DNA from: Fastidiosibacter lacustris
GTDB taxonomy: Bacteria; Pseudomonadota; Gammaproteobacteria; Francisellales; Francisellaceae
DNA: 32,000 bases
Assembly (NCBI RefSeq): GCF_003428155.1
Contig: NZ_QLIR01000017.1
Location: 7,976 to 39,975 of the forward strand
Reading direction: 5' to 3'
Shown here: in pieces, positions 18,958 to 26,927 of the stretch
How positions within the stretch are numbered: the first letter of the stretch is position 1
Layout of the letters: each line of letters starts with the position of its first letter
Made by a program: the position numbers and the translations under genes
Notes under the pieces: model-generated
Databases searched by the model: none
What the model saw: the letters and a program-made list of their open reading frames with translations, nothing else
Told to the model about the DNA's origin: nothing

Positions 18958-19770
18958 TTATACAACCTTTTCTAAAAACGTTTGTTCATTCATCGCCTGT
19001 TGCTGCTTTGCTTTTTTTGTCATTGCAACCAAAACGGCTCTTAACATCGACATATTGGTAACAACATGATCAAAAGAAATGTAATGATTCTTGTGTGTGC
19101 TTTGTAGCCACATTCCCTCCTGATCAAAGTAAATCATTTTAATGTCCGTATCTTTATCTTCTTTTTTAATGGCAAATAAATCACAATAAAGATGAAGTGC
19201 TGCTTGGTGATCTTGATTCATATGCTCAACCGCACTATTGATCATTTGTAGATTAAACGTTTGTAACAGGCAAAAATCCTCTTTAACTACCCAGTTGATA
19301 TCGCCAAACCCACCAATAAAGCGAACTTTTTCAATTGTTAGTCTATAAAAATGAAAATCGTGCATTTTATCTTGATAATGTGCTGAATCAGGGAAAAACT
19401 GCACATAAATTTTAGCTGCCTTTTCTTCATCTTGAGAAGGCACTAAACGTCCCATTATTGTCACACGTCCGGCTTGTTGAATATCTTGTTTATCATCCTC
19501 AATCACTGTTAAAGACACCTTATCATCTTTAGCAATGTTACGTGTATGCTGAGCTAACTTACTGATATATAAAATCAAATCTCCTTGTTCATCAAAAGCA
19601 TACTGCACTAAAGAACCAAATGGGTAGCCTGGCATAGCAATAGATTGAGTTGCTAATACACCATAAAGCTTTTGTTTCGCCAATTGTCTTGCCCGTATTG
19701 CAATTTGTTGTTTTTTACGTTCACTTGTATCTGATGATACTCCATGAACTGATAATTGTTCCTGCGTCAT
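18958..19770 (-). CDS. hugZ: HugZ/HutZ-family heme utilization protein (pyridoxamine-phosphate-oxidase fold)
   Basis: FGSLVQYAFDEQGDLILYISKLAQHTRNIAKDDKVSLTV, QQAGRVTIMGRL, FHFYRLTIEKVRFIGGFGDINWV, HMNQDHQAALHLYC. First gene of the heme operon, with an AGGAGA Shine-Dalgarno. Confidence 0.88.
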   Translation of the reverse strand: MTQEQLSVHGVSSDTSERKKQQIAIRARQLAKQKLYGVLATQSIAMPGYPFGSLVQYAFDEQGDLILYISKLAQHTRNIAKDDKVSLTVIEDDKQDIQQAGRVTIMGRLVPSQDEEKAAKIYVQFFPDSAHYQDKMHDFHFYRLTIEKVRFIGGFGDINWVVKEDFCLLQTFNLQMINSAVEHMNQDHQAALHLYCDLFAIKKEDKDTDIKMIYFDQEGMWLQSTHKNHYISFDHVVTNMSMLRAVLVAMTKKAKQQQAMNEQTFLEKVV

Positions 19771-19784
19771 AAATGTCTCCTAAT

Positions 19785-19844
19785 AAGAATGATAACCACT
19801 ATCAAATAGTGGTTAAATGATAATGGTTATTATTTTTAAATCAA
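19785..19844 (-). promoter_or_regulatory. Fur-type regulated promoter of the heme operon
   Basis: Minus-strand -35 TTGATT (19844-19839), 16-nt spacer, -10 TATCAT (19822-19817). AAGAATGATAACCACTATC (19785-19803) matches 15/19 of the Fur consensus GATAATGATAATCATTATC. GATAATGGTTATTATTTTT (19819-19837) matches 14/19 (15/19 on the other strand). A perfect 10-bp dyad TAACCACTAT-CAA-ATAGTGGTTA lies at 19793-19815. Confidence 0.75.
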
Positions 19845-20259
19845 TAAAAAATGAAGTAATTTTTTAAAATTTTTAAATTGTGTAGCTATCTATATTTTCT
19901 ATCATTAAAAACCTTTTAAGAGACAAAACCATTTGGTATGCTTCTAATCAAGACTTCGATAATGAAAGAACAATGTTCGATCCCCTGTGCAACATAACTG
20001 CTATAAGCGGCTAGCAAAAAAAGGGAAGAGTGATGATTATTTGCAATTTTAACATATGCCATAAACATTAAACTTACTAAACATCTAGAGAATAGTGCTT
20101 CATATAGATTTTCAACTGAATGTTGAAACTGTGACAGAATTTCCAATTTACATGGGAATTATCTCTATACAGTTTCTAAAGAATACTGAGTTTAAAATTT
20201 GATTTTTATCTATATCAGTTTCTAACTCATATAAAGGACGGATAAGTCCATAAAACAAG

Positions 20260-21450
20260 CTAACATGCTTCAATAATACCAGCTGCCCCCATACCAGTAC
20301 CAATACACATTGTAATCATGCCATATTTTTTACCAGTGCGCCTTAAGCCATGTAATGCTTTCACCGTCAAAACAGCACCAGTTGCACCCAATGGGTGACC
20401 TAATGCAATTGCCCCACCACAAGGATTCACTTTAGCCTCATCAAGTTTTAACTCATTCATAACTGCTAATGACTGCGCTGCAAAGGCTTCATTTAACTCA
20501 ATCCAGTCAATATTTTCCAATGTAAGATTGGTTTGTTCTAGCACCTTTGGAATCGCTTTGATTGGTCCAATGCCCATAATACGTGCTGGGACACCAGCCA
20601 CAGCAAAACCTAAAAACTTTCCTAGTGGCTTCAAGTTATGTTTTTTAAGATATGATTCACTGACAAGCACTACAGCAGCAGCACCATCTGAAACTTGTGA
20701 GCTATTACCTGCTGTAACAGAACCGCCTTCTGCAAATACAGGTTTTAGCTTTGCAAGTGCTTCAAGGGAGGTATCAGCACGCGCACCTTCATCTTGTTGA
20801 ATAACTTTCTTGTGATCGATGATTTTATCTTTTGCTTCATCTGGCTTTCTATGATGCACTTCAACAGGAACAATTTCATCTTTTAAATAACCATTTTCAA
20901 TTGCACTCAATGCTTTTTGATGACTTTTTAATGCAAACTCATCTTGTTGTTCACGAGAGATATTCCAATCTTTTGCAACATTTTCTGCGGTAATCCCCAT
21001 TCCATAAGCAATAGCTACATTCTCATCTTTTGTGAATATTTCACTACTAAACGAAATATTATGTCCACCAAATGGAATCATGCTCATTGATTCAATCCCA
21101 CCTGCAATAGCAACCTCCATATTGCCCCTGGCAATTTCATTAGCAGCAATCGCAATCGATTGAAGCCCTGAGCTACAATAACGGTTAATCGTAAAAGCAG
21201 GCACTGAATCTGGCAATCCTGCTAAAAGCGTTGAAATACGTGCCACATTCATCCCTTGCTCACCTTCTGGCATCGCACATCCTATGACAACATCACCAAT
21301 ATCTTCAGGATTAATTCCTGACTCTTTTACCGTTACGCTTAATATATCTGCTAATAAATCATCTGGTCGCTTCTTAGCAAAACCGCCACGCTTACCTTTT
21401 GTGACAGCCGACCTTTTAGCAGCAACAATATATACATTTTGTTCACTCAT
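20260..21450 (-). CDS. fadA: Acetyl-CoA C-acyltransferase (beta-oxidation thiolase)
   Basis: NRYCSSGLQSIAIAANEI (active Cys), SVTAGNSSQVSDGAAAV, NPCGGAIALGHPLGATGA, MCIGTGMGAAGI. The sequence, as recalled, looks closer to Bacillus-type FadA than E. coli FadA. Confidence 0.95.
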   Translation of the reverse strand: MSEQNVYIVAAKRSAVTKGKRGGFAKKRPDDLLADILSVTVKESGINPEDIGDVVIGCAMPEGEQGMNVARISTLLAGLPDSVPAFTINRYCSSGLQSIAIAANEIARGNMEVAIAGGIESMSMIPFGGHNISFSSEIFTKDENVAIAYGMGITAENVAKDWNISREQQDEFALKSHQKALSAIENGYLKDEIVPVEVHHRKPDEAKDKIIDHKKVIQQDEGARADTSLEALAKLKPVFAEGGSVTAGNSSQVSDGAAAVVLVSESYLKKHNLKPLGKFLGFAVAGVPARIMGIGPIKAIPKVLEQTNLTLENIDWIELNEAFAAQSLAVMNELKLDEAKVNPCGGAIALGHPLGATGAVLTVKALHGLRRTGKKYGMITMCIGTGMGAAGIIEAC

Positions 21451-21479
21451 CAGAACACACTCCCAATTTTAATTTTCTT

Positions 21480-21547
21480 TAACTGGAGTGACTTATGCTT
21501 TTGCAATTTTTTATCGTTAAAAGTAACAACGTGAGTCACTCCAGTTA
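21480..21547 (-). promoter_or_regulatory. Long hairpin in the fadB-fadA intergenic region
   Basis: Perfect 14-bp arms TAACTGGAGTGACT (21480-21493) and AGTCACTCCAGTTA (21534-21547), with additional inner CTTTT/AAAAG pairing. No U-tract follows either arm. Confidence 0.6.
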
Positions 21548-21583
21548 TTTACATCAACTTGATTAATTTTAATCCAGTCAAAC

Positions 21584-24277
21584 CTAATTTCTCAATGGCT
21601 TCCCAGTTTCTAACATATACTGCATCCTCGCAGCACTCTTCTCAGACAAAGCAAGTTCAACAAAGTTTTCAAGCTCGCGTTTCAGTAACCAATCCTCAGA
21701 CACTAATGTATCTTTTTCAATTTCACCACCACACATCGCATCAGCAAGATTTGTTGCAATCTTATAGTCATGTGCTGAGATCTGATTACCATCACGCATA
21801 TTCACTAAAAGACCTTTCACTGTTGCAATCCCCGCTTCACCAAAGACTTTGACAGGCAGTTTCAATGGTGGTTGATATCCACAATAGGCAAGGTATTTAG
21901 CTTTTTCAATTGCAACACTTAAAATTTCTTTGCTATTCATTACAACTGTATCGCTTTCACACAAAAAGCCCATTTCAATTGCTTCATAAGCACTTGTTGC
22001 TACTTGCGCCATTGCTAAATTCTTATAACGTTTTTCAAATTCTTTCCAAGGATCTTGAGCAACTGATGCACGTTTTGCCATCTCTTTTGAACCACCCCAG
22101 CCAGGAATAATGCCAACACCTGCTTCCACTAAACCAATATAGCTTTCATGAGCAGCCACAACTGCATCGCAGTGTAAAAGAATCTCGCACCCACCACCAA
22201 AGGCAAAGCCTTTTACCGCTGCTACCACTGGGATTTTACTATAACGCAACTCTTGAGTGATGATTTGATGCCCCTTTTGAATAACCTCATACACAGCATC
22301 TTTACCATTCATCATGAACTTAAAGCCAAATTCCTCAAGGTTTGCACCTGCTGAAAAAATATCTTGTTCTTGCCAAATGACCATTGCTTTTAATTTTTGC
22401 TCGACAATCTTGATGGCTTGTGAAATGCCATCTAATACATCCGAACCAATTGCACACATTTTACTTTTAAAGCTTAAAATGCCCACCTCACCATCAATTG
22501 TCCATAAACGTACGCCTTCATTCTCATAAAGTGTCTCTGCTAGAATATCGCTATGCTCGTTAAACACATAATCTTGAATCAATTGTCGATCATATACCGG
22601 TAGTTGCTTGCGTGTTATCAAAGCATTATTTGCAAAGCTAAAGGATTGATTGTCACCATAAACCCCCTCTTTTAACTCGTGCACCCAATCTGGTAATGCT
22701 CGCGCTGACAAAGTCTTACCTAACCTAATATCTTCCTCTATCCAATGGATGACTTTGTGCCAACCTGCTTGCTGCCAAATTTCAAAAATTCCCTCTTTCC
22801 AACCAAAGCCCCAACGAATCGCCAAGTCCATATCTTTAGGATAATTTGAAATTTCACCTACAAGACAAGCTGCGTAATGAAAGTTATCTCTAAAACATGA
22901 CCATAAAAATTGTGCTTGTGGGTGATTTAGATTTTTTAATTTCTCAAGTTTTACTGACCAGTTTTTTTCAGCCAAAATTTCTATTACTTCTTTATCTGGC
23001 TTTTGATCAGATAAACGATAGGTTTTGGTTTCTAAATCCAATACTTTTAAGCCATCTTTTTCTTTAACATAGAACCCTTTTTTAGTTTTCTGACCAAAAG
23101 CACCTTGCGCCAGTAGCAAATGAATCCAGTCTGGCAGTTTATATACCTTCTCCCAACCATCTTTAAGATTGTTTGCCATTGTATCGACCACGTGACCAAA
23201 GGTATCAAGCCCAACAACATCTGCTGTTCGATAAGTTGCACTTTTAGCACGCCCTAGCTTTTTACCCGTTAAACCATCAACAACTTCCAATGGAATATTA
23301 AATTTTTCCGTGTAATAGCAAGTTGCCAACATAGAAAAGACGCCTAAACGGTTTGCAATAAAATTTGGAGTGTCTTTGGCACGAATAATGCTCTTACCTA
23401 ATTTTTGCACCAAAAAGGTTTCGAGCTCATCTAATACTTCTGGCTTGGTTGTATGATGAGGAATAAGTTCAACCAATGGCATATAGCGTGGCGGATTAAA
23501 AAAGTGTACCCCACAAAAACGTGCATGCAGTTGTTCTGGCAAGCTTTTAGTTAATGCCTTAATACTTAATCCTGAAGTATTAGACGCAAGAATCGCTTTA
23601 CTTGAGACATATGGTGCTATTTTGTGATATAAATCCTGCTTCCAATCCATCCTCTCAGCAATTGCCTCGATAATTAATCCACAATCTTTCAATTTCTCTA
23701 AGTCGTCATCGTAATTCGCCGCGGTGATATAGTGTATCGCTTTAGATGAACTAAATGGTTTAGGATTGAGTTTCTTGAGTTTCTCAAGTGATGCTTCAAC
23801 TAAAGCATTGGCTGAGCCTTGCTTTGCTTTTAAGTCAAATAAAACAACTGGAATCCTAGCATTACCAAAGTGTGCTGCAATTTGAGCCCCCATGACACCT
23901 GCTCCTAAAACCGCAACCTTCTGAATACAACGCTGAGCTTGCATCTCACTTAATAAGGGTTGATTTTGAGTATGACTATTTTCTTGTTTAGCTGATACCG
24001 ACATTTTTGGTGCAATTTCTACTTTATCACCAAAAACAGATAAATAGCCTTTCATTGCCTCTTCTTTGCTTTGCCCCTTGATCGAATTCCAAGCCATCCA
24101 CTTTGCGCGCTCAACCATTTTTAACACCGACGGGCATTTGCCATCAACATCACCCACTGTTGCCTGTTTATAAAAGGCGTATAGTTTTAATTTCTCAGTG
24201 TTATCTGGTTTGAACTCAATGGTCGCATTGCGTACTGCTTTTACCATTTCATTAAACTTTTGCTCCAACTCACTCAT
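21584..24277 (-). CDS. fadB: Trifunctional fusion: N-terminal acyl-CoA-binding protein (ACBP) domain + 3-hydroxyacyl-CoA dehydrogenase + C-terminal enoyl-CoA hydratase
   Basis: ACBP: LYAFYKQATVGDVDGKCPSVLKMVERAKWMAWNSIKGQSKEEAMKGYLSVF. HCDH: VAVLGAGVMGAQIAAHFGNARIPVVLFD, ASNTSGLSI, GVHFFNPPRYMPLVE. ECH: KIPVVAAVKGFAFGGGCEILLHCDAVVAA and GLVEAGVGIIPGWGG. The start at 24277 has AGGAGA upstream, rather than 24385. 897 aa. Confidence 0.95.
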   Translation of the reverse strand: MSELEQKFNEMVKAVRNATIEFKPDNTEKLKLYAFYKQATVGDVDGKCPSVLKMVERAKWMAWNSIKGQSKEEAMKGYLSVFGDKVEIAPKMSVSAKQENSHTQNQPLLSEMQAQRCIQKVAVLGAGVMGAQIAAHFGNARIPVVLFDLKAKQGSANALVEASLEKLKKLNPKPFSSSKAIHYITAANYDDDLEKLKDCGLIIEAIAERMDWKQDLYHKIAPYVSSKAILASNTSGLSIKALTKSLPEQLHARFCGVHFFNPPRYMPLVELIPHHTTKPEVLDELETFLVQKLGKSIIRAKDTPNFIANRLGVFSMLATCYYTEKFNIPLEVVDGLTGKKLGRAKSATYRTADVVGLDTFGHVVDTMANNLKDGWEKVYKLPDWIHLLLAQGAFGQKTKKGFYVKEKDGLKVLDLETKTYRLSDQKPDKEVIEILAEKNWSVKLEKLKNLNHPQAQFLWSCFRDNFHYAACLVGEISNYPKDMDLAIRWGFGWKEGIFEIWQQAGWHKVIHWIEEDIRLGKTLSARALPDWVHELKEGVYGDNQSFSFANNALITRKQLPVYDRQLIQDYVFNEHSDILAETLYENEGVRLWTIDGEVGILSFKSKMCAIGSDVLDGISQAIKIVEQKLKAMVIWQEQDIFSAGANLEEFGFKFMMNGKDAVYEVIQKGHQIITQELRYSKIPVVAAVKGFAFGGGCEILLHCDAVVAAHESYIGLVEAGVGIIPGWGGSKEMAKRASVAQDPWKEFEKRYKNLAMAQVATSAYEAIEMGFLCESDTVVMNSKEILSVAIEKAKYLAYCGYQPPLKLPVKVFGEAGIATVKGLLVNMRDGNQISAHDYKIATNLADAMCGGEIEKDTLVSEDWLLKRELENFVELALSEKSAARMQYMLETGKPLRN

Positions 24278-24293
24278 TAAGGGTCTCCTGTAA

Positions 24294-26600
24294 TTACGCA
24301 TCTGCATACGCTTTTTTAGTTGATTTGGCTTCATCCTTTGATTTATACCTTGCTTCATACGCTTGTTGCCACTCTGGGTGGGCATTTTTAGGTCCTAAAG
24401 CATAAGGTGCAAATTCATCTGTTTGAATTACATCATTAACGCGCTTTATAACATCTTTAAGTAACACAACTTCTTCATCATTAATCACATTATGTTGTTT
24501 AGCTTTTTCAATTAAGCTCATCCATGAGTTTTTCGGTAAAGTGCCTGATTTTATCGCATCTTTAATCTTCTTTTGCACAGGCATGGCTTGAAGAACTGCT
24601 TGATAAGCAAGCTCCATACGCCCAACGGGATCTTTATCATCTTTTGGCACAAAGCACATATCCTTCATACGCTTACGCGTATTTTCATCTTTTAGCAATG
24701 CCTGAGCAAGTTTATGATCAAGTTTATCATTTGGCTTTTTATAAGGCTTACCATATGGAAATGCAATAAAACGTAACGCACTACCTAAAGCTTTATTTGG
24801 GAAATTGCTCAAGGTTTCAATAAGCGCATTTTGTGCTTCGTATAAACAATGCTGCAAGCTCCAACTAACAAAAACATCATCAGCTTTCTGCTCCCCATTA
24901 TCTTTATAATATTTTAAAACCGCACACCCCATATACAAATAACTCATCACATCACCAAGACGTGCTGATAAACGTTCTTTACGCTTTAACTCACCACCTA
25001 ATGTGATCAAAGCAACGTCATTAATAAAGGCATAAGCTGAGCTTAACCTGGTAATACGCTTGTAATAAAGATTAAATTTAGAGTCGTATCCTTTAGCAGT
25101 TATCCCACAACTTAACCCATACCAAAAAGTTCGTAGCTTATTCTTAGTCAAATAACCAATGTGTTTTTTCATCAATCGTGAAAAAGTTTCATAGCCCTTT
25201 TTTTCATCTTGATTCATTAAACTCTCAGATTCATCACGCACGTAAGGGTGACAACGCATTGCACCTTGTCCAAATATCATTAAGTTACGTGTCATGATGT
25301 TTGCACCTTCAACGGTAATACCAACAGGTGTAGCCTGATAACCTCGTGCTAAATAATTATTGGGTCCCATAATAATGGCACGTCCTGCGTGGATATCCAT
25401 AGCATGATTTAAAACATTACGTCCAATTTCAGTTAAGTGGTATTTAGAGATTGCTGATGCAACAGAAGGCTTCACATTCGCATCTACAGCCGCAACGGTA
25501 AATTGCCTTGTTGCATTGGCAATATAGGCAAGCCCTCCCATTTGCGCTAGTTTCTCTTCTACACCTTCAAAGTAACCAATAGGTGATTTAAATTGCTCGC
25601 GTACCATACTGTAAGCTGAGGTCATAACCGTTGATAAAAGTGCATTGGCTGTGCCACAAGCAGGTAGAGAAATCGCTCGCCCAATGGATAAGCACTCCAC
25701 TAACATTCGCCAGCCTTCGCCAGCCATTTTCTGCCCACCAATGATCCAATCAATCGGAATAAATAAATTTTTACTTCGAATCGTGCCATTCATAAATGCC
25801 TGTGACAAAGGATACGCCCGATTACCAATTTCAAGACCTGGGTGATCATGTGGCAAAAGCGCGCAGGTAATTCCTTCTCTACCAACATCTGCTAATAATT
25901 TATCCGGATCATACAGTTGAAATGCAAGCCCCACTACTGTTGCAATCGGCGCCAAGGTAATATAACGTTTATTAATGTTTTCTAATTGAATGCCCAATAC
26001 TTCACGACCATTATAATTAGCTTTACATACCACTCCTTTATCTGGAAGTGAAGTAGCATCAGAGCCTGCTGTGGGTCCAGTTAATGCAAAACAAGGAATA
26101 TCAATTCCTTTAGCAAGTTTGGGCAAAAACATTTGTTTTTGTTCATCAGTCCCATAATGATGTAAAAGCTCACCTGGACCCAAAGAATTGGGCACCATCA
26201 CTGTCACTGCAGCTGAAACACTCTTTGTAGCAATCCTCATCACAATTTCTGAATGCGCTGCTGCTGAGAACCCTTTTCCTCCATACTCTTTACGAATAAC
26301 AAGACCAAAAAAGCCATTCCTTCGCAAGTAATCCCAAACTTCAACTGGTAAGTCTCGATCTATATGAGTGATCTTCCAATCATCAAGCATGGCACAAAGT
26401 GCATTTGTTTCTTTGTCTAAAAATGCTCGCTCTTCCTCATTTAACTCAAACTTTTTTGCACTATGTAATTTTTCAAAATCAGGTCTCCCCTGAAAAACTT
26501 CTTTTTCATACCAACAATCTCCGGCATCAAGTGCAACTTGTTCTGTTGCTGAAATCGGTGGCATGGACTTTTTGCTTGATTTATAAATTTTTTTTATCAT
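24294..26600 (-). CDS. fadE: Acyl-CoA dehydrogenase FadE (long form with C-terminal extension)
   Basis: DLPVEVWDYLRRNGFFGLVIRKEYGGKGFSA, FALTGPTAGSDATSLPD, VEGANIMTRNLMIFGQGAMRCHP. The second ATG (26600) has better spacing from AAGGAA than the first (26606). Confidence 0.94.
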   Translation of the reverse strand: MIKKIYKSSKKSMPPISATEQVALDAGDCWYEKEVFQGRPDFEKLHSAKKFELNEEERAFLDKETNALCAMLDDWKITHIDRDLPVEVWDYLRRNGFFGLVIRKEYGGKGFSAAAHSEIVMRIATKSVSAAVTVMVPNSLGPGELLHHYGTDEQKQMFLPKLAKGIDIPCFALTGPTAGSDATSLPDKGVVCKANYNGREVLGIQLENINKRYITLAPIATVVGLAFQLYDPDKLLADVGREGITCALLPHDHPGLEIGNRAYPLSQAFMNGTIRSKNLFIPIDWIIGGQKMAGEGWRMLVECLSIGRAISLPACGTANALLSTVMTSAYSMVREQFKSPIGYFEGVEEKLAQMGGLAYIANATRQFTVAAVDANVKPSVASAISKYHLTEIGRNVLNHAMDIHAGRAIIMGPNNYLARGYQATPVGITVEGANIMTRNLMIFGQGAMRCHPYVRDESESLMNQDEKKGYETFSRLMKKHIGYLTKNKLRTFWYGLSCGITAKGYDSKFNLYYKRITRLSSAYAFINDVALITLGGELKRKERLSARLGDVMSYLYMGCAVLKYYKDNGEQKADDVFVSWSLQHCLYEAQNALIETLSNFPNKALGSALRFIAFPYGKPYKKPNDKLDHKLAQALLKDENTRKRMKDMCFVPKDDKDPVGRMELAYQAVLQAMPVQKKIKDAIKSGTLPKNSWMSLIEKAKQHNVINDEEVVLLKDVIKRVNDVIQTDEFAPYALGPKNAHPEWQQAYEARYKSKDEAKSTKKAYADA

Positions 26601-26927
26601 GAGCATACTTCCTTATCTTAAGTTTTTAAATTTTAAATTAAGCACTGGCAAAACCCTTTCACTTCCTCGTACAAGACTTAATTAAAACCCCATACTAGCT
26701 ATACGCACATTGACTGGAGTATTATCCATTTAAATACCCAAGCAATATAACAGCGATTTTGTAAAAAATTAAGCACCAGCAGCTAAAATATTATGAAAAA
26801 TCATAAATTTACATTGCAAGGCAGCATATTCAAACGAAAGCACAGTGAATTTATTTACAACCAGCTAATGCTATGTCTAAAATATCAACTTCTTAGTTTG
26901 TTATTAATGGAAAGGAGAAATTAATAT

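Noticed and set aside
19916-20146. 76-aa minus-strand ORF downstream of fadA
   Set aside because: No family resemblance and no clear ribosome-binding site. Treated as noncoding until conservation says otherwise.
21480-21547. Rho-independent terminator interpretation of the fadB-fadA hairpin
   Set aside because: The loop is 40 nt and neither arm is followed by a T-run on its transcribed side, so it is listed as a regulatory structure instead.
21559-21852. 97-aa plus-strand ORF at the 3' end of the fadB fusion gene
   Set aside because: Low-complexity Ser/Gln/His-rich antisense reading of conserved coding sequence.
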